Source: an uncultured cyanobacterium (lineage in GTDB: Bacteria; Cyanobacteriota; Cyanobacteriia; Phormidesmidales; Phormidesmidaceae). Taken from it: a stretch of 64,000 nucleotides of DNA. Both the position numbers and the translations under genes were made by a program. This document shows positions 59,730-64,000 of the stretch, in pieces. The notes beneath the pieces are model-generated. The model was not told the origin of the DNA. It saw only the letters and a program-made list of their open reading frames with translations, and did no database searches. How positions within the stretch are numbered: position 1 is the stretch's first letter; the number at the start of each line of letters is the position of its first letter. Location: positions 512,001 to 576,000 of the forward strand of contig CAWBZI010000001.1 of NCBI GenBank assembly GCA_963793265.1, given 5' to 3'.

Positions 59730-61364
59730 ATGGCCAACGTCTCAATCGCTCAGCACTATCATCAGCGCACTAAATACGACCCTGAAACAATTGCGGCGAT
59801 GGGCCAAAGTGGCTTGGACTGGTCACAGCAGCCGGTGCCTTACAAAGACTACAAGCTGGGCCATGAGATAGATCTGAAGCCTTATCTGGAGAATGAGCCA
59901 GATAGTGCGGATGATGACTGGCGGTGGTGGCAGCGGCTTTCGCGGCTGTTGATTGATAGCTATGGGCTGACGGCGAAGGTGATGACCTTTTCGGGGACGC
60001 CCATGTATTTGCGGTCTGCGCCTTCGGCGGGCGGGCTGTATCCGGCAGAGGTGTATTTGGTATCGCGGGGCACGTCGCTACTGCCACCGGGCCTTTACAA
60101 CTATCAGGTGCGGACGCATTCGCTGTGGCGCTTTTGGGACGACCATCCGTGGCAGGCTTTGCAGACGGCGTGCTTTTGGCATCCAGCGCTAGAGACGACA
60201 CAGATTGCGCTGGTGGTGAGCGCTATTTTTCAGCGGTCGGCCTGGCGGTATCAGGATAGGGCTTACCGGCGCGTGTTTTTAGACTCAGGGCACCTGCTTG
60301 GCAACTTAGAGGTAGCCGGGACGCTGTGTGACTATCGGCCTCATTTGATTGGGGGCTTTGCCGATGAGCTGGTGAATAAGCTGCTGTATTTGGATGGGGA
60401 GACGGAGAGTGCGATCGCGCTATTAGCCCTAGCTGACCTATTCCAGGTCGATCAAAATCTATCGCCCGCTCGTAGCGCCCTGCCTAGCTCTATTCATATC
60501 GACGTGGCACCTGTGCCAGATGGGGATCTGCTGGGTTACTTGCATGAGAATACAGCGATCGCCCCTGACTCTGACTTTGGACAGCTTCAGCAAAAGAATA
60601 GTGCGCCGCTGCCGTTTGCCATTGAACAAACCGACTCATCTAAATCGGGCTCGTCTAAAGCGGCGGCTAAGGCAATAGATGACTCACGACAGAAGTCTAG
60701 CAAGGCAATTAAGCCGCTCTCAGATAAGTACAACTTTCCGTTCGGGATTACGGTTTCGACGAAGACGCAGCCGATTGGGTGGGGCGATCGCCTAGAAGAG
60801 CTTGAAAATACCCTCCTCACCCGCCGCTCCACCCGCCGCTTCATCAACGCGCCGCTCAGCCGAGCCGACCTCTTTGCCCTACTCGACTTTTCCTATCACC
60901 CCGAGCACTACCGCCTGCAAGACTTTGATCAAGCGCCCGATTATTTTGACCTGAGCTTGATCGAAACATTTGTTGCAATTTCAAACGTGGAAACCTTGGA
61001 AGCAGGCTGCTACTACTACGCACCTCAATCCCAGGAATTGCGTCAGATTCGCTTCAATCAATTTCGCAAAGACCTGCATTTTCTATGCCTAGGTCAAGAG
61101 CTAGGACGCGATGCAGGAGTCGTTATTTTTCACACGGCTAACTTAGAAGCAGCGGTTGAAAAATACGGTGACAGGGCGTACCGCTATCTGCATATGGACG
61201 CAGGGCACTTAGGACAGCGCCTGAATTTAGCGGCGACTCGTCGGGGGCTTGGCGTAAGCGGTATTGCAGGATTCTTTGACGATCAGGTGAACGATTTGCT
61301 GAGCATTCCGGCTGAGGAGGCAGTTTTGTACATCACGACAGTGGGGCGGAAGCCGACTCGGTAG
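59730..61364 (+). CDS. SagB/ThcOx-family (nitroreductase-fold) dehydrogenase, two domains
   Basis: RSAPSAGGLYPAE, WRYQDRAYR, RRSTRRF, KYGDRAYRYLHMDAGHLGQ, GFFDD. Confidence 0.88.
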   Translation: MANVSIAQHYHQRTKYDPETIAAMGQSGLDWSQQPVPYKDYKLGHEIDLKPYLENEPDSADDDWRWWQRLSRLLIDSYGLTAKVMTFSGTPMYLRSAPSAGGLYPAEVYLVSRGTSLLPPGLYNYQVRTHSLWRFWDDHPWQALQTACFWHPALETTQIALVVSAIFQRSAWRYQDRAYRRVFLDSGHLLGNLEVAGTLCDYRPHLIGGFADELVNKLLYLDGETESAIALLALADLFQVDQNLSPARSALPSSIHIDVAPVPDGDLLGYLHENTAIAPDSDFGQLQQKNSAPLPFAIEQTDSSKSGSSKAAAKAIDDSRQKSSKAIKPLSDKYNFPFGITVSTKTQPIGWGDRLEELENTLLTRRSTRRFINAPLSRADLFALLDFSYHPEHYRLQDFDQAPDYFDLSLIETFVAISNVETLEAGCYYYAPQSQELRQIRFNQFRKDLHFLCLGQELGRDAGVVIFHTANLEAAVEKYGDRAYRYLHMDAGHLGQRLNLAATRRGLGVSGIAGFFDDQVNDLLSIPAEEAVLYITTVGRKPTR

Positions 61365-61378
61365 GTGAGAATTTAAAC

Positions 61379-61408
61379 TAAAAAAATCCCCAGCAATGCC
61401 AGGGATTT
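61379..61408 (-). terminator. Intrinsic terminator for the DPCAA peptide gene
   Basis: - strand ATCCCTGGC-ATT-GCTGGGGAT followed by a T run. Confidence 0.65.
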
Positions 61409-61427
61409 CTTGAATTTAGATATGTGG

Positions 61428-61456
61428 GTAGGGGTATAGCAATGCTGTGCCCCTAC
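61428..61456. repeat. GTAG-type REP-like palindrome
   Basis: GTAGGGGTATAGC-AAT-GCTGTGCCCCTAC between convergent genes. Confidence 0.7.
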
Positions 61457-61471
61457 AACACGATGACTAAA

Positions 61472-61681
61472 CTACTCAGCCGCACAAGGGTCAGCCGCGC
61501 AAGGGTCAGCCGCGCAAGGGTCAGCCGCACAGGGGTCAGCCGCGCAAGGATCGACGGCAGCATCGGGTGCAATTACTTCGCCAGATGCATCGGGTTCTAC
61601 TTCAGCAGGGGCACAGCTAGTTAGCGTAGTAACGCCAAGAACTGAGGCAGCGGCTAGAGCGGCTAGATACTTAACTTTCAT
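61472..61681 (-). CDS. Small predicted lipoprotein with five DPCAA repeats
   Basis: AAGGAG RBS, signal peptide with lipobox LTSC, (DPCAA)x5-E, own terminator. Confidence 0.85.
   Translation of the reverse strand: MKVKYLAALAAASVLGVTTLTSCAPAEVEPDASGEVIAPDAAVDPCAADPCAADPCAADPCAADPCAAE
61478..61552 (-). repeat. 15-bp coding tandem repeat x5
   Basis: GA(C/T)CC(T/C)TG(T/C)GCGGCT units differing only at synonymous positions. Confidence 0.95.
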
Positions 61682-62031
61682 CTTGTACTCCTTGTCTTTT
61701 GTTGTTTTAAGGGGCTCAGCGCAAGGCTGTTAGATAGATTTGTTGGAAATCTCGGCTGTCATTGCCTTTGTTGATTGCCAACACAATCTTTGTATCTCTA
61801 GCGATTATGGATTGTCAAGCATCTAAAAAAGTGAGAATCCGCTGAGGCTATAGTGAGTAAGGATGAAGGGGTTTATTACTCTTCTGTCATTTTTCTGTTG
61901 CATGTTCTGTCATTTAGCTGTGTCTCTCCTGCTATAGCAAGCGCTTATAGCAATCATCAGAAATTAGAGACTATCGAACCAAAAGATCGAAACTGTTATT
62001 TTTAAAGCGGTAACTTTCGCCACAGTTTTGT

Positions 62032-62571
62032 TTAGGAGCGCCGCTTTTTTTTACGTCGTTTTTTACGCCCTGATCTTTTACGTTTCAAGTAGCTACCGAT
62101 CACGTCACTCGCTGAGTGGCTAATTGCACCCAGCTCTAACCCGACTAAGATCGCAATCCATTCAGCCCAATAGTGACTAAGGAGATACCGTAGGGTTGTC
62201 TCCAGGCTCCCCCAGGTAATCTGCGCATCCCACACGGCATTTAAAAGCTCAACGGATAGAATCGTAAGGAGGGCTATCCATACAGCTAGATAAATAACCC
62301 GTAGCACAGTGCCGATGATAGGGCCGTGAGACAGCTTAGATCGGTGCTTCAGTGTGACTTGATAGGGGAGCCAAATCCATTTTATAGGCCCCCATCGCTT
62401 GTATTGAATAGAGTGAATATCTAGGTCGGGGCCGAGCATAAAGCCGCCGACTAGAAAGGCGGTGCCAGTAATTGCTGTGAGCCCCAGAGAGTTTGTAAGG
62501 CCAAAAGTGGGGCCGATAATGAGAGGGACGCACCAAAGGGTGATGCGGTCGTGAGTGCGGCCTGATGGCAT
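62032..62571 (-). CDS. DUF2227-type putative metal-binding membrane protein
   Basis: MPSGRTHD, PDLD, HRSKLSHG, SHSASD; start at MPSG. Confidence 0.82.
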   Translation of the reverse strand: MPSGRTHDRITLWCVPLIIGPTFGLTNSLGLTAITGTAFLVGGFMLGPDLDIHSIQYKRWGPIKWIWLPYQVTLKHRSKLSHGPIIGTVLRVIYLAVWIALLTILSVELLNAVWDAQITWGSLETTLRYLLSHYWAEWIAILVGLELGAISHSASDVIGSYLKRKRSGRKKRRKKKRRS

Positions 62572-62723
62572 GAGTATGAGTGTAGAAGACACGTTGCAGA
62601 TGTGATGCTTTCTACAGTAATACAGATGTTTGTCTGTACTGTTTGCGCAGTGTAAAAAATTGGGGGTTGAACCGCTTCATCTTCTGCTATTATTTTAATC
62701 CGAGTGCAAAAGTGCATTCATCC

Positions 62724-62796
62724 GGGCGGTTAGCTCAGTTGGTAGAGCGTCTCGTTTACACCGAGAATGTCACAGGTTCGAGTCCTGTACCGCCCA
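62724..62796 (+). tRNA. trnV: tRNA-Val(TAC)
   Basis: GGGCGGT/ACCGCCC acceptor stem, TAGCTCAGTTGGTAGAGC D-arm, TCTCG-TTTACAC-CGAGA anticodon arm, GGTTCGAGTCC T-arm; CCA not encoded. Confidence 0.97.
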
Positions 62797-62814
62797 TATT
62801 CATGACATAGCCCT

Positions 62815-64000
62815 ATGCCTTCCAAACGTAAGGATGCAAAACAGCGTCTGCCGCTTCAGTTTTGGATTGTTGCTTCAATTGCCTTTATTAATTCGGTTAG
62901 CTTCACTATTATCATCCCGGTGCTGTACCCGTATGCGAAGCAGTTTGGGCTGAGCGATCTTCAGGCGAGCTTGCTCACAACGGCCTATTCGCTCTCACAG
63001 TTTATCGGCACGCCTATCTTGGGTCAGCTCTCAGATCGGTGGGGACGCAGACCGCTGTTAGTCGTGAGTCTTTTAGGCACGGTAGCTTCTAATTTGGTGG
63101 CGGCTGTAGCAGGTGTTCCCTGGCTCTTATTTGGAGCGCGTATCCTCGACGGCATCACGGGGGGCAACAATTCCATTGCTCAGGCGGTGGTGAGCGACAT
63201 CACTTCGCCCGAGCAGCGTACGCAGGCGTTTGGTATCTATAGCGGGCTGTTTCGACTGGGCTTTGTGGCAGGGCCGCCTTTGAGCTATTTGGCGCAGACG
63301 GTGCCGCCGATTCCAGGCGTGTCTTCTTTGGGAATGAGCTTTTTGGTGTCGGCAGCGATCGCACTCATTGCCGCTATTCTCTGCTTCTTTTTCTTATCCG
63401 AAACACAAATAGATACGGCTGACGCCTCAGATGATCCTCAAGATAAAGCGGGCCAGAAAGCAGGCCATAAAAACTTTGACTTCGCAGGGCTTTTTACAGC
63501 TCTGGGGCGTCCGGTAGTGGGCCGCATTTTACTAATGACTTTTTTGAATGGCTTTACGTTCACGATTTTTACGTTTGCCTTTCAGCCATTTTTTATTCAA
63601 GTTCTAGATCAAGACGCCAAGAATTTAGCGATCGCCTTCGTTGCTTTCGGGCTACTCGCCTTCGCCTCCCAAGTATTTCTCCTAGAGCCCCTACGAAAAC
63701 GCTTCAGCATCGTGAACGTCCTAGTCGGTGCTTTAATTGCGCGGGGCCTACTCTTTATCTTGATGCCTACTTTCCCTAACATCTGGATATTCTCTGGGCT
63801 ACTGGGCTTGTTTGGCCTAGTTAACGCCTTCCCAATGCCGCTGATCGACTCTATTCTATCGACCCGTAGCGACCAGCGCGAACAGGGTGAAATATTGGGA
63901 CTCAATGCTTCCTACCTCAGCATCTCGAACGCATTTGGCCCGGCAGTATCAGGGCTGCTAGTGACCTCTTTTAACTACTCGGTGCCCTTCTGGGTTGCTG
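62815..64000 (+). CDS. MFS transporter (TetA/DHA1-like), truncated by window end; absent from ORF track
   Basis: ATG 62815 MPSKRK...IIIPVLYPY...GQLSDRWGRRPLL (motif A)...RILDGITGG. Confidence 0.9.
   Translation, partial: MPSKRKDAKQRLPLQFWIVASIAFINSVSFTIIIPVLYPYAKQFGLSDLQASLLTTAYSLSQFIGTPILGQLSDRWGRRPLLVVSLLGTVASNLVAAVAGVPWLLFGARILDGITGGNNSIAQAVVSDITSPEQRTQAFGIYSGLFRLGFVAGPPLSYLAQTVPPIPGVSSLGMSFLVSAAIALIAAILCFFFLSETQIDTADASDDPQDKAGQKAGHKNFDFAGLFTALGRPVVGRILLMTFLNGFTFTIFTFAFQPFFIQVLDQDAKNLAIAFVAFGLLAFASQVFLLEPLRKRFSIVNVLVGALIARGLLFILMPTFPNIWIFSGLLGLFGLVNAFPMPLIDSILSTRSDQREQGEILGLNASYLSISNAFGPAVSGLLVTSFNYSVPFWVA

Larger units (their letters stand above)
1..64000. repeat. HIP1 octamer GCGATCGC dispersed through the window
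   Basis: Dozens of copies, for example at 2554, 26257, 37248, 48845, 52243 and 60784. Confidence 0.95.

Noticed and set aside
59730..61364. Complete thiazole/oxazole microcin or cyanobactin cluster
   Set aside because: No YcaO, protease or dedicated transporter adjacent; kept only as a speculative pairing
61424..61624. + strand ORF with SRARV repeats
   Set aside because: Antisense reading of the DPCAA repeat; the - strand has the RBS, signal peptide and synonymous-only variation
62724..62814. tRNA-Val as an island integration site
   Set aside because: No integrase and no duplicated tRNA 3' end seen in the window; the next gene starts 18 bp later
63609..63905. 98-aa - strand ORF
   Set aside because: Antisense to the MFS transporter that runs off the window end
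1..64000. CRISPR array or cas genes
   Set aside because: No repeat-spacer structure seen; the repeats at 51676 and 61478 are contiguous with no spacers, and TnpB has no array

Overview
Cyanobacterial chromosomal window. The HIP1 octamer GCGATCGC is abundant and the gene set is typical of Leptolyngbya/Phormidesmis-like strains; the taxon is an inference. Most genes are housekeeping: thiO-thiG fusion, pgeF, iscA, yvcK, mlaF/mlaD, purT, pilMNOQ, hup, cobD, dcd, rph, ubiD, pgl, aspA-type lyase and tRNA-Val(TAC). Accessory elements are a YefM/YoeB-type TA module at the left edge, two Uma2 genes, a tnpB-only IS200/IS605-family element whose right end supplies the stop codon of an antiporter gene, two GTAG-type REP-like palindromes and a membrane-anchored DUF3825-like gene. 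The ORF track missed psb34 (56 aa) and the edge-truncated MFS gene. Top observations: (1) local G/C skew flips at HIP1 sites regardless of gene direction; (2) a 69-aa lipoprotein ending in five DPCAA repeats, convergent with a SagB/ThcOx-type dehydrogenase; (3) a membrane-anchored TPR protein with about 14 consecutive 29-residue coiled-coil repeats; (4) an LRAT-type enzyme with a PspA/Vipp1-like tail. No CRISPR array, prophage or integrase was seen. All family calls come from motif recognition by eye, not database searches.
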